A stretch of DNA of 27,297 bases from a virus (Duplodnaviria > Caudoviricetes), in the IMG/VR virus record IMGVR_UViG_3300014202_000924, positions 1-27,297 of that record. One strand, 5' to 3'. A program made the position numbers and the translations under genes. The notes below the pieces were generated by a model. It was not told the DNA's origin, made no database searches, and saw only the letters and a list, made by a program, of their open reading frames with translations. This document shows positions 1 through 8,523 of the stretch, in pieces (the first letter of the stretch is position 1; each line of letters starts with the position of its first letter).

Positions 1-77
1 AATAAACTTGTAATATATGAAACTGTCATGGTAGGCCAGAAGATTTCTGGTCGTTTAAAGGTTTCTTTAAAACTCAT
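1..77 (-). CDS. Possible 5' part of a hypothetical protein running off the window (MSFKETFKRPEIFWPTMTVSYITSL...)
   Basis: ATG at 77-75 overlaps the gp44 TGA (ATGA) and the frame stays open to the window edge. No homology recognised. Confidence 0.45.
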   Translation of the reverse strand, partial: MSFKETFKRPEIFWPTMTVSYITSL

Positions 78-1015
78 TTGAACTCAACCTCCATCATAAT
101 CTGCACCAAACAGGCCAACAGATTGACTTCATGATCTGCTACAAATGCTGCTTTATATTGATAATCAGCTAATATCAGCACCAATGCGGGTATAGAACTA
201 GGCTTAAGATATTGCACAGAAACGTCAAAAATCTTTCTAAAAATAACAGAAGATTCAACATCAGTGTTTTGGCCAACCCACTTTCTTACTTCTGTGTAGT
301 TTTTATCTTTCAAGAAATCCATCAATTCTTTGAGTGAGATATCTTGAAGATTTGATAAGATCCCTGAATCGATAGCACCTGTTGCGCTATATCGCTGGAG
401 TTCGTTTAGAACTCTTCGCCAATCAGGGAAATGCTTTGTAATTACTTCTGCAACAGTAGCCTGGTCATATTTGACATTTTCAGAATCAAGAATGCCACAA
501 ACGCGCTTCATGAATTGAGAAGCTAGCTTGGATTTTTCCTTTCCAGAAATCTTAAAATCAATTACAGAACAACGAGAGTGTAGCGGATCAATAATTCTAT
601 TTTTATAGTTACAAGTCATGATAAACCCACAATTCTTAGAAAATTCTTCCATGAAATTTCTAAGAGCAGGTTGTGTTGAATTTGCATTCAGATAATCTGC
701 TTCATCCAAAATGACATATTTTCTGCCGCCAGAAAAAGAAACACTAGAAGCAAAGGCTCGAATTTCGTTTCTAAGTGTGTCAATGTTTCCATTCATTGAC
801 CCGTTTATAACGATATAGTCGCAATCTAATTCTTCTAGCATTGCGCGTGCGACTGTAGTCTTACCTACACCCGCGCCACCCGATAGAAGTAAATTTGGAA
901 TATTTTTCTGGTCAACAAATTGCTGAAAGACTTTTTTTAGTTCATCAGGTAAAATTGTCTCAGAAACCTTTTTAGGACGGTATTTTTCAACCCAAAGAAA
1001 ATTTTCACCAATCAT
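74..1015 (-). CDS. gp44: T4-like clamp loader AAA+ subunit gp44
   Basis: WVEKYRP, Walker A GGAGVGKT, Walker B ILDEAD, SRC motif; lies downstream of gp45. ATG at 1015 with upstream GAAGG is preferred to the GTG at 1030. Confidence 0.95.
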   Translation of the reverse strand: MIGENFLWVEKYRPKKVSETILPDELKKVFQQFVDQKNIPNLLLSGGAGVGKTTVARAMLEELDCDYIVINGSMNGNIDTLRNEIRAFASSVSFSGGRKYVILDEADYLNANSTQPALRNFMEEFSKNCGFIMTCNYKNRIIDPLHSRCSVIDFKISGKEKSKLASQFMKRVCGILDSENVKYDQATVAEVITKHFPDWRRVLNELQRYSATGAIDSGILSNLQDISLKELMDFLKDKNYTEVRKWVGQNTDVESSVIFRKIFDVSVQYLKPSSIPALVLILADYQYKAAFVADHEVNLLACLVQIMMEVEFK

Positions 1016-1035
1016 AATATATACCTTCACATAAT

Positions 1036-1260
1036 TTAAAGTAGGGGTTTTAAGATATCAGAAACGTCCTGAACCCCCTTCATATAAGCAGATTTCAACA
1101 AATCATAAACACCCATAATAGGCATTTTATTTGTATAAATTACTTCTTCATAATTCGAATCCTTGTATTTTTTCTTAATACAAGGATAACCGTCGGCGGT
1201 TGTGCCGACGGTGTAGTGTTCACCGAATTTTAAAGAATCTTTTAAATAATCATCCATCAT
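1036..1260 (-). CDS. Hypothetical protein, 74 aa
   Basis: Fills the gap between gp45 and gp44 on the same strand. No motif recognised. Confidence 0.65.
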   Translation of the reverse strand: MMDDYLKDSLKFGEHYTVGTTADGYPCIKKKYKDSNYEEVIYTNKMPIMGVYDLLKSAYMKGVQDVSDILKPLL

Positions 1261-1909
1261 ATTCAGATGACGGATCTAGAGCAACAAAATATTCTATATC
1301 CGTTCCTTCAAAAAACGCAATCTTCTGTGAGGACATTTTTACAATATAGTCACCTGGTAAAAGCTTCAAATTTTCAGCTTTCAAATTGAACTTGAACGTC
1401 TTATCTGTATCAGATACAACAATATTATAACTGTCAGTTGTTGGATTCTTTAGATCTACTGCTTTAAGTATAACAGAATCACCATCACCTACTACTGATA
1501 TGTCAGGTAGATTCAAGACACCCAAAGCACGTTGAAGCTCATTCAACATTTCGGCCTTAAATTCAAAGGTCACTTCAGGGTCGGGAAATCTCACATCTTT
1601 TGTAGGAGGAAGAATAATATGTTCTTCACTTGCAAAAGTATACTTTAGCTTTCGTCCATTCTTGGACATAGTTAGCTGTTCCTTGCCGATTTCCAATTCA
1701 GGATCATCAAACAAAGATAGCGCACTTAGAAACTTAGGTAGTTCGTAGATTGCGAATCTATTTTCAAATTCATCAGATAGCGTAGCCTTAGCTATAATAT
1801 TCTTGGTAGGTGATATTGTTTTCAATACCTTACCTGGAACGAATAAAAGCGAAGGATTGATGGTAGCGAAATTCTTTAAAATTTCAACTGTTCTTTTTCC
1901 AAATTTCAT
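1250..1909 (-). CDS. gp45: T4-like DNA polymerase sliding clamp gp45
   Basis: N-terminus TVEILKNFATINPSLLF, FAIYELPKFLS, ENLKLLPGDY; GAGG RBS; synteny with gp44. Confidence 0.93.
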   Translation of the reverse strand: MKFGKRTVEILKNFATINPSLLFVPGKVLKTISPTKNIIAKATLSDEFENRFAIYELPKFLSALSLFDDPELEIGKEQLTMSKNGRKLKYTFASEEHIILPPTKDVRFPDPEVTFEFKAEMLNELQRALGVLNLPDISVVGDGDSVILKAVDLKNPTTDSYNIVVSDTDKTFKFNLKAENLKLLPGDYIVKMSSQKIAFFEGTDIEYFVALDPSSEYDG

Positions 1910-1933
1910 AGTTTAAACCTCACACATTACAAA

Positions 1934-2794
1934 TTAAGTTATCTTCTTATCCTTTCGCAACTGACCCACATCTGCTGTTGCAGCAGCTCCTATTTGAGCA
2001 AGATCAGCCAGACTTCCGCCAAAGATATAAGTACCTACATGCTGTAGCTGAATCCATGGGCAGAACCAAACTTGGCCACCCATCTTCTGTACATTATAAC
2101 AGAACATGTAATCTTCTGATAGATATCTCTTTGATACTGGGTCAATAATACAATCAAAGTAAGCATGAATTTCTCTAGAACCATCAAAATGCTCGGTTCT
2201 AACATGATCTGGCTTATATGATAGATTAGGAAATGCTTCCTTATACTTGTTGAAAGTACTCTTTCTAATCATCATGAAACCTGTACCTGCTTCCAATACT
2301 TCTACAGGTTCGCCGATAGGAATAGATTGTGTTCCATGCTTAGGATTGAAAACATAATCACCTACATACTTTTCTAGGTTGTTGGGATTTTCATCAGCAA
2401 AACCCTTATCAACTGCCATCTTAATCTTTTCCCATGAGATACACTTCTTAGGATAAGGACCTGCAATAACATCATAAGGAGATTCATCATCTTGCAATGC
2501 CATTAGAGCCAATACATCATTTGGATTAAATCCAATGTCACTATCAATAAACATCAAATGAGTTTGATTGCTTCTCATGAATTCATCAACACAATAATTT
2601 CTAGCTCTTGTAATCAATGATTCATTGAACAAGAAATAAAACTGAAGAGAAATTCCATAATGTGTGCATAGCCCAGCCAAATCAGCTACAGACCTAGCAA
2701 ACATTCCTGCACACTGTCCACCATACATAGGTGTTGCAAGGAACAAACGACGCTCTCTCAATTTTTCAATCGGAACTTTAATTTCAAAACTCAT
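1934..2794 (-). CDS. GT-A fold glycosyltransferase-like protein
   Basis: LATPMYGG N-terminal strand, THLMFIDSD (DxD), GTGFMMI and LSEDYMFC motifs typical of phage GT2-like proteins. Confidence 0.75.
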   Translation of the reverse strand: MSFEIKVPIEKLRERRLFLATPMYGGQCAGMFARSVADLAGLCTHYGISLQFYFLFNESLITRARNYCVDEFMRSNQTHLMFIDSDIGFNPNDVLALMALQDDESPYDVIAGPYPKKCISWEKIKMAVDKGFADENPNNLEKYVGDYVFNPKHGTQSIPIGEPVEVLEAGTGFMMIRKSTFNKYKEAFPNLSYKPDHVRTEHFDGSREIHAYFDCIIDPVSKRYLSEDYMFCYNVQKMGGQVWFCPWIQLQHVGTYIFGGSLADLAQIGAAATADVGQLRKDKKIT

Positions 2795-3195
2795 TATAAT
2801 TCTCCATTCTTTTTTCTTATTACTATCGTGTCGCCTGTGTCACCAGTTAGACTTATAGAATAATTATTCTTAAATTGGGTTGTTTTATTTTCTGCATTTG
2901 AAAATGTCAAAGGCCCGACGTCAAATAGACCCTTTGCTTCTGCATCATACATTGCTAACATTGTATAATGAAGAATCTTCATCAAATCACTTTTATTATA
3001 CCCGTTCTTTTTGCCAAATCTCTTGGCATATTTCATAATATTACCAATACAAAAACCCAAACCGTGTCCTGCATCCATAATCATATCAGTCGCCTGATAT
3101 TTTTCAGATGAATAATGGCCAGCGTATGTGCTTTGAATGTAAGATTCCAAATCTTCTAGATACTTACCTTCATTAAATTTATAATCAAAACTCAT
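2794..3195 (-). CDS. DUF3310 family protein (T7 gp1.7 nucleotide kinase-like)
   Basis: HY...QATDMI...GFCIGNIMKYAKRFGKK...DLMKILHY pattern. Confidence 0.8.
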   Translation of the reverse strand: MSFDYKFNEGKYLEDLESYIQSTYAGHYSSEKYQATDMIMDAGHGLGFCIGNIMKYAKRFGKKNGYNKSDLMKILHYTMLAMYDAEAKGLFDVGPLTFSNAENKTTQFKNNYSISLTGDTGDTIVIRKKNGEL

Positions 3196-3197
3196 TT

Positions 3198-3839
3198 TTA
3201 ATCCTCATCATCAAAATAATATGGAAGTGTGTTTGTTTTAAACACTCCTATCAACTCAAGTCGTTTGGTTTGAAAATTAAGCTGAAAGAAACAGTTTGCG
3301 GGTGTTTCGGAAGAATGGAGGAATTGTGTAGAAGATAATGATAAATCATCGTCCATAAACATCGGAGCCAATAAATTTCTAAAAAGAAATAAATCTGTTC
3401 CATCAAAAGCCAAGCAAGAAAAACTACCATCGATAGTATTTAATGCACCATATCCATTTTCAACCAACTTTCTTAGAATTATCTCTGTATCCCATGTGGG
3501 TTCATCGGGATAATCCTTCATGTGTTTATTTATATATGATGTCTTTAAAATACCATTATGCCACAAACAAGATTCAAAATAAATTGCTGGATGAATTCTC
3601 TTTTCAGTCTTTATGCCAGTAGTCGGCGCTTGAATATGAGCTATACCATACAATCCTTCTCTGAAATGATCATCAATATATTCTTCTGTCAAAGGACCCA
3701 TATCCATACAATCAATCAATAAATCTTTTTCTTGCGGATCATATAGTGAAAATGAATGTGAAAAAGAACCTCTATAAGAATTAATTTTAATCAATTCTTT
3801 CAATTTTTCTTTATCAAAAGAACCTACAATAGCACACAT
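3198..3839 (-). CDS. Stand-alone class II (Ntn) glutamine amidotransferase
   Basis: Start MCAIVG at 3839 overlaps the queC stop (TAATG), giving an N-terminal Cys nucleophile. Also RG, HIQAPT, HP, WHNGIL, DTE and GSFS motifs. Confidence 0.85.
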   Translation of the reverse strand: MCAIVGSFDKEKLKELIKINSYRGSFSHSFSLYDPQEKDLLIDCMDMGPLTEEYIDDHFREGLYGIAHIQAPTTGIKTEKRIHPAIYFESCLWHNGILKTSYINKHMKDYPDEPTWDTEIILRKLVENGYGALNTIDGSFSCLAFDGTDLFLFRNLLAPMFMDDDLSLSSTQFLHSSETPANCFFQLNFQTKRLELIGVFKTNTLPYYFDDED

Positions 3840-4543
3840 TACGGAACTCCCCAATCAATATCTTTTGCATATTCAATAGGATCTTTTAATCCTAAAGACT
3901 TGAATGCGTGTATTCTTTCAGAGCAAGAAGGACATGCTGCACAACTGACACCGTTGATACTAGGATTATAGCATGTTAAAGTATATTTTAAATATTTTAA
4001 TATGCCTAAATTGCTAGCCAAAACTAGTTCATCTCGTTTTGACATAGATGAAAACGGGCATTCTAAAGCTATTTGGTGTTTTCTATTTAAAGAAGATATA
4101 TCATTTATTCTAGATATAAATGCTTCTGTAGTATCCCAGTACCCATATTCATCATGAATTTGTAGACCTGAAAAAATTGTATCAGCTTCTATAGCTTCTG
4201 CAAATGAAAACGCAACAGAAGTCATAATCATGTTTCTATATGGAACATATGTGACGGGTTGCGGATCACCCAAAACATCTTTGATTTTAGGAACAGCTAT
4301 TTTACTACCTTGAATATTGGCAGAAACATCCTTGAGCATTTCTTTAAGAAATGTCATATCAACTATTTTATGTGGAATACTCAAAATTGAGCAAGTCTTT
4401 ATAGCTTGCTCAATTTCTTTATATTGTTTTTGTCCATAATCAAAAGTTATTGCTTCTAGATTTTTGAATCCATGCTGATGTCCAACATAATGTGTTAGAA
4501 TAGTAGAATCCAATCCTCCAGACAATATCACAAGTTTTTTCAT
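3839..4543 (-). CDS. queC: 7-cyano-7-deazaguanine (preQ0) synthase QueC
   Basis: PP-loop SGGLDS, FDYGQ, VPYRN, Zn site CYNP...CAACPSC. Confidence 0.95.
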   Translation of the reverse strand: MKKLVILSGGLDSTILTHYVGHQHGFKNLEAITFDYGQKQYKEIEQAIKTCSILSIPHKIVDMTFLKEMLKDVSANIQGSKIAVPKIKDVLGDPQPVTYVPYRNMIMTSVAFSFAEAIEADTIFSGLQIHDEYGYWDTTEAFISRINDISSLNRKHQIALECPFSSMSKRDELVLASNLGILKYLKYTLTCYNPSINGVSCAACPSCSERIHAFKSLGLKDPIEYAKDIDWGVP

Positions 4544-5475
4544 TATTGTCTACCCAATTTCAAATCTGGCGAATTAACATCTGCTTCTGTTAATCCTGAA
4601 AACAGAGAATAATTTGAGGCTCTAAAAGGATTTATATCCCATCCACCTCTTCGTGTATACCTTGCACCAACCATCAATGCTCTAGGTTCATATACAGTAT
4701 ACAATGAATGATAGATTCGCTCAACAATTTCTTCATGGAAGTGTGATTCTTGTCTAAAAGAAATTATATACTTTAATACACTTGCCCAATTAGGAGAAAC
4801 AAAATGATTGGGTTCAAAATAAATATAAAGATCTCCAAAATCAGGTTGGTGTGTTACCTTACAATTGGATCTTAGCTTATCTGTTTTTACTTGTACAATT
4901 TCATTATTATATGGAAAACCATGAATCAATATATCCACATTATCTTTATAATCAGTTATTTCTAACTGTTCTAAAGAAAAACCTTCATATCCCAAGGTAG
5001 GAAAATCATACAAAATATCCGACTCCATAATTGTGTTGAGATAATGCCCCATATATTGATCTGGCTCAAACAATTCAACACTAACTTTTCCACCAGCTGC
5101 TGCTGACAAATCTATTTCTGCTATGTCTTTAAGATTTCTTTTCACATACGCAATATCACACATTCTAAACATATTAAAACTATTCCAATATAGTTTCATA
5201 GATTTTGATTCAATTATATTGGGTGTATCTGCATTATATACAATCTTAGCTATATAATTCATAGGCATGCCTCTGTCGGTCAAGACAGATACTTCATACC
5301 CATGCCATGTATCAAATCCAATCATAGGAATTGGATCCGCGTCATATTCAAAAATCTTGTTACGTTCAATGCTTCGAGCAACAGGAACAAGGACTTCAGG
5401 AGTTGGTCTCTGAATACCTTTAAACTTGCTATAATCCCCTTGTTCTTTACCTAAAAATTTATCTTCCATAATCAA
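4543..5475 (-). CDS. queF: NADPH-dependent preQ0 reductase QueF, bimodular (E. coli/Vibrio type)
   Basis: DTWHGYE, IIESKSMKLYWNSFN (QueF motif), LRSNCKVTHQPDFG (catalytic Cys and Asp), FHEE, RYTRRGGWDINPFR. Confidence 0.93.
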   Translation of the reverse strand: MIMEDKFLGKEQGDYSKFKGIQRPTPEVLVPVARSIERNKIFEYDADPIPMIGFDTWHGYEVSVLTDRGMPMNYIAKIVYNADTPNIIESKSMKLYWNSFNMFRMCDIAYVKRNLKDIAEIDLSAAAGGKVSVELFEPDQYMGHYLNTIMESDILYDFPTLGYEGFSLEQLEITDYKDNVDILIHGFPYNNEIVQVKTDKLRSNCKVTHQPDFGDLYIYFEPNHFVSPNWASVLKYIISFRQESHFHEEIVERIYHSLYTVYEPRALMVGARYTRRGGWDINPFRASNYSLFSGLTEADVNSPDLKLGRQ

Positions 5476-6803
5476 TCCTCAATATGTGCTAAAAGTCCAA
5501 TTTTCTTTTCAGAAGTTGCATTTTCTTCTCTATTTATTCTTCCAGAATCAACACTTCTAGCATTCATTTTCATCCACATTTTCATATCATCATCAGTTTT
5601 AACATCTAGAAGTTTTCTAATAGAAACATCAGATGATGTATTTTTTCCATACATTTTATCAACATTAGTGATAAAATTGTCTACTTGATATAAAGCATAC
5701 ATCAAACCAATTATTGATGCAACACCTATTTCATCTGCATTTTCTGTTGCTAAAGCTCTTTGATAAACTTTACTATAAGACCACTCATCTTTTTCATTGA
5801 ATAATCTCTCATAAATCTTATCTTTGTTTATAGACAACTTTGTAAGAGGTGCTTCAAATAAATGAATTATCTTTTCCCATTGATCTGTTAATTTTTTATT
5901 TTTAACCTTACCCAAAGGTAAACATGTGCCATTCAATTTCATCAATCCATAATTATAGCAAGTTGTATGAGAAGAACTATCATAGGAAATCTTGGGAAAT
6001 TTTAAAAATCCACTTTTTGTTAAATTGATGATAGGGGCCATTCTAGGTAATGAACCTACTCCGAGAAAATGAACTTGTTGCAGCATAGCTGGGTGAGCAA
6101 TTTTTTGAATCATATGACCCGCCCAGAGCATTTCAATGCTTTCAAGTTCTTTATTGCCCATGCAAGTATCAGCTAAGGCTATTCCACCAATATGCTTCAT
6201 ATCCTCTTCTGATAACTGATTTTGTATATTCTCAAAAAACAAAACCATATCTTGTGCAGTATTACCCTGAACAATAACAATGACTTTTGTCTTTGCATTT
6301 TTTTCAGCAAAAACTCTACATTGTCTCTGAATGTTTTTTCCTGTAGCAATAGCCGAATCTTTTAGATTAGCTGCAAAGAAAACTTTATTACCTGTATTAG
6401 ACCTTTCATTTCTTGTTCTAAGAAGGCTTACAGATACTAGCGGAATAACATCAAAACACATAGCATAGTCGGAATAGCATTGTGTATCATATATCTGATC
6501 TTTCATTTCATCGGTGATGGTTTTACCTGCTGTAACCATTTGCAATCCACCCGAATCAGCATAGATACCATCCGAATTTAAATTCCCATATTTCTCCAAG
6601 CCTTTAGAAAATTCTCTCTCAGTGAACGCATTGAATAACACAGAAAAAGTGCTCTTTGTATGCTTTGGGTTGAGAATATCATTCACAAAATCCTTTGTTA
6701 AAGTTCTAACATAATGAGAGACTACATCTATCTGCGGCTTATTGACATAACGAGTCAGCCCCGTCATGCCAATAGCACTCATGACATAATCAAAATGTAT
6801 CAT
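5472..6803 (-). CDS. dpdA: TGT-fold guanine transglycosylase, probably the DNA-targeting DpdA (DpdA2-like)
   Basis: DSGGLQ, CFDVIP, IVQG, HFLGVG and YDSSS align with TGT catalytic motifs. The C-terminal CxCxxC Zn site of tRNA TGTs is absent. Sits between folE and queF. Confidence 0.8.
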   Translation of the reverse strand: MIHFDYVMSAIGMTGLTRYVNKPQIDVVSHYVRTLTKDFVNDILNPKHTKSTFSVLFNAFTEREFSKGLEKYGNLNSDGIYADSGGLQMVTAGKTITDEMKDQIYDTQCYSDYAMCFDVIPLVSVSLLRTRNERSNTGNKVFFAANLKDSAIATGKNIQRQCRVFAEKNAKTKVIVIVQGNTAQDMVLFFENIQNQLSEEDMKHIGGIALADTCMGNKELESIEMLWAGHMIQKIAHPAMLQQVHFLGVGSLPRMAPIINLTKSGFLKFPKISYDSSSHTTCYNYGLMKLNGTCLPLGKVKNKKLTDQWEKIIHLFEAPLTKLSINKDKIYERLFNEKDEWSYSKVYQRALATENADEIGVASIIGLMYALYQVDNFITNVDKMYGKNTSSDVSIRKLLDVKTDDDMKMWMKMNARSVDSGRINREENATSEKKIGLLAHIED

Positions 6804-7522
6804 TATGAATGACCCTTCATTCTGAAAATAATATCATAAAATTCTTGCTTCAAAGAATGATCTGTTAAAAACCTGCCGTAAAGAACAGCGGTTGTCATAT
6901 CTGACTCGTGTTCCTTAACTCCACGGTGAAGCATACAATGATGCTCTGCTTTAATAACAACAGCAATGTCTGCTGTATTTGCAAATAGTTGCAAAGCATC
7001 TGCAATTTGTGTGGTCATTTCTTCTTGAATCTGAGGACGTTCAGCTATATGATATACAATTCGATTGAATTTACTCAATCCAATAACTTCCTGGTGTGGG
7101 ATAACTCCCACCCAACATTTTCCGACAATATTTTGAAAATGGTGAGCGCACGTAGATCTGATTGAAATAGGCCCACAAGTGTAAAGACCATCATATCCTA
7201 CATTAGGAAATGCTGTCACCCTGGGAATAGGTTCATACCTACCACCAAATACTTCTTCAATCCACATCTTAGCAACGCGGCGTGCGGTCTCTTTTGTGTT
7301 GTGGTCGTTCTCAATATCAATAACAAGATTTTCTAATATACTCTTCACACCACACTCTATTTCAGCTTTTAATGCATTGAGTTCACCGTCCTCAATAAAT
7401 TCAGCTATATTATCATTTGCTCTAAATGATGGGCGATAACCTTCTCTTTTTCCTTCATCCCACTTTTTTTGAGCAGCAGAAATTCTTTCGCGAATTTTGT
7501 CAGCAACAGATTTATTTTTCAT
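6803..7522 (-). CDS. folE: GTP cyclohydrolase I FolE
   Basis: TARRVAKM, STCAHHF, GLSKFNR, RPQIQEEMT, HHCMLHRGV. Confidence 0.96.
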   Translation of the reverse strand: MKNKSVADKIRERISAAQKKWDEGKREGYRPSFRANDNIAEFIEDGELNALKAEIECGVKSILENLVIDIENDHNTKETARRVAKMWIEEVFGGRYEPIPRVTAFPNVGYDGLYTCGPISIRSTCAHHFQNIVGKCWVGVIPHQEVIGLSKFNRIVYHIAERPQIQEEMTTQIADALQLFANTADIAVVIKAEHHCMLHRGVKEHESDMTTAVLYGRFLTDHSLKQEFYDIIFRMKGHS

Positions 7523-8031
7523 TAACTATAACCCATAATTTTGTTTAGAACTTTAGCTTGGTATACTGCATCATGTAGTGCATTGTGATGCAAACCTTCC
7601 CTAGGTAACTCTTCATCATGAACTGGAAAAAGACTTTTCATTGTTCTAAAACATCTATCATAATAATATTTCCAAGGACGAATCATACCCACAGCAAAAT
7701 AAGCATTTTCAATAATCACATTATCAAATGCTGCGCCATTACCCCAGGTATCCATAGGCGTTGTTCCATACCATTTTGAAAAAAGAGTAAGAGCTTCTTT
7801 GAGGGGAAGCTTACTATGCTTGATAGCTTCAAGAGCCTCTTTTCGCTGACGCATCCACCAACTAACAGTTTCTTTATCAATATTCAACCCAGCATCTTTA
7901 CATGATTGTGGGTCAATATTTACATAAAATTCTTCATGAATACCGTTCTCGTCAAATTTACATGCGCCTATAGATAAAATCGCAGCATTATAAGCGGTAG
8001 AAAGAGTTTCTAAATCTATCATTACATTCAT
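7522..8031 (-). CDS. DEDDh 3'-5' exonuclease (DexA/ExoVIII-like)
   Basis: MIDLETL, WGNGAAFDNVII, HNALHDAVYQA. Confidence 0.88.
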   Translation of the reverse strand: MNVMIDLETLSTAYNAAILSIGACKFDENGIHEEFYVNIDPQSCKDAGLNIDKETVSWWMRQRKEALEAIKHSKLPLKEALTLFSKWYGTTPMDTWGNGAAFDNVIIENAYFAVGMIRPWKYYYDRCFRTMKSLFPVHDEELPREGLHHNALHDAVYQAKVLNKIMGYS

Positions 8032-8522
8032 GATAGACGACCAACTTGAACAAAAGGTGATAGATTGTTTCTTGTAAACGTTGCCGAATTACCTGGGTGC
8101 TCTGATACCCTTACAGATTCTACCCAAAGCAAACGACCTTCATTGAACTTGTATTCTTTTAGCCATTCTTCAGCCATATCAAAAACATATTTTGCTGTTT
8201 GCTCACATCCGACGTTAGGAATAATTCTAAGGTCTAAAATTCCCTTCTCATGTAGATTTTTAAAAATCTCTTTTTCTGGATCATCTTCAGCAATTATTGT
8301 AGTATGGTCAAACATGTATTCCAATGCTGCCTTAAATGTATCCATACTACCAAAATCAACGACCCAATTTCTTGTATCCAATTCATTACATCCGAATGTA
8401 ACTTCAAATGACAAAGCATACCCATGCAATTTACTGCAATGGCTATGCACAGATCTCCACTGCCTAAAACAGCAAGAAAACCCTCGTTCAGAACTATACG
8501 TTTTTGTAACTAAAAATGACAT
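8028..8522 (-). CDS. queD: 6-carboxy-5,6,7,8-tetrahydropterin synthase QueD
   Basis: CSKLHGY, VVDFG, FDHT, VSEHPGNSA; adjacent to queE. Confidence 0.92.
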   Translation of the reverse strand: MSFLVTKTYSSERGFSCCFRQWRSVHSHCSKLHGYALSFEVTFGCNELDTRNWVVDFGSMDTFKAALEYMFDHTTIIAEDDPEKEIFKNLHEKGILDLRIIPNVGCEQTAKYVFDMAEEWLKEYKFNEGRLLWVESVRVSEHPGNSATFTRNNLSPFVQVGRLS

Positions 8523-8523
8523 A

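Noticed and set aside
36-71. Two short inverted repeats after gp44
   Set aside because: Stems are only 6-7 bp with no U tract, and they probably lie in the next coding sequence.
3840-3854. Upstream start for the amidotransferase (MGSSV extension)
   Set aside because: Ntn enzymes need an N-terminal Cys, and the ATG at 3839 provides it while overlapping the queC stop.
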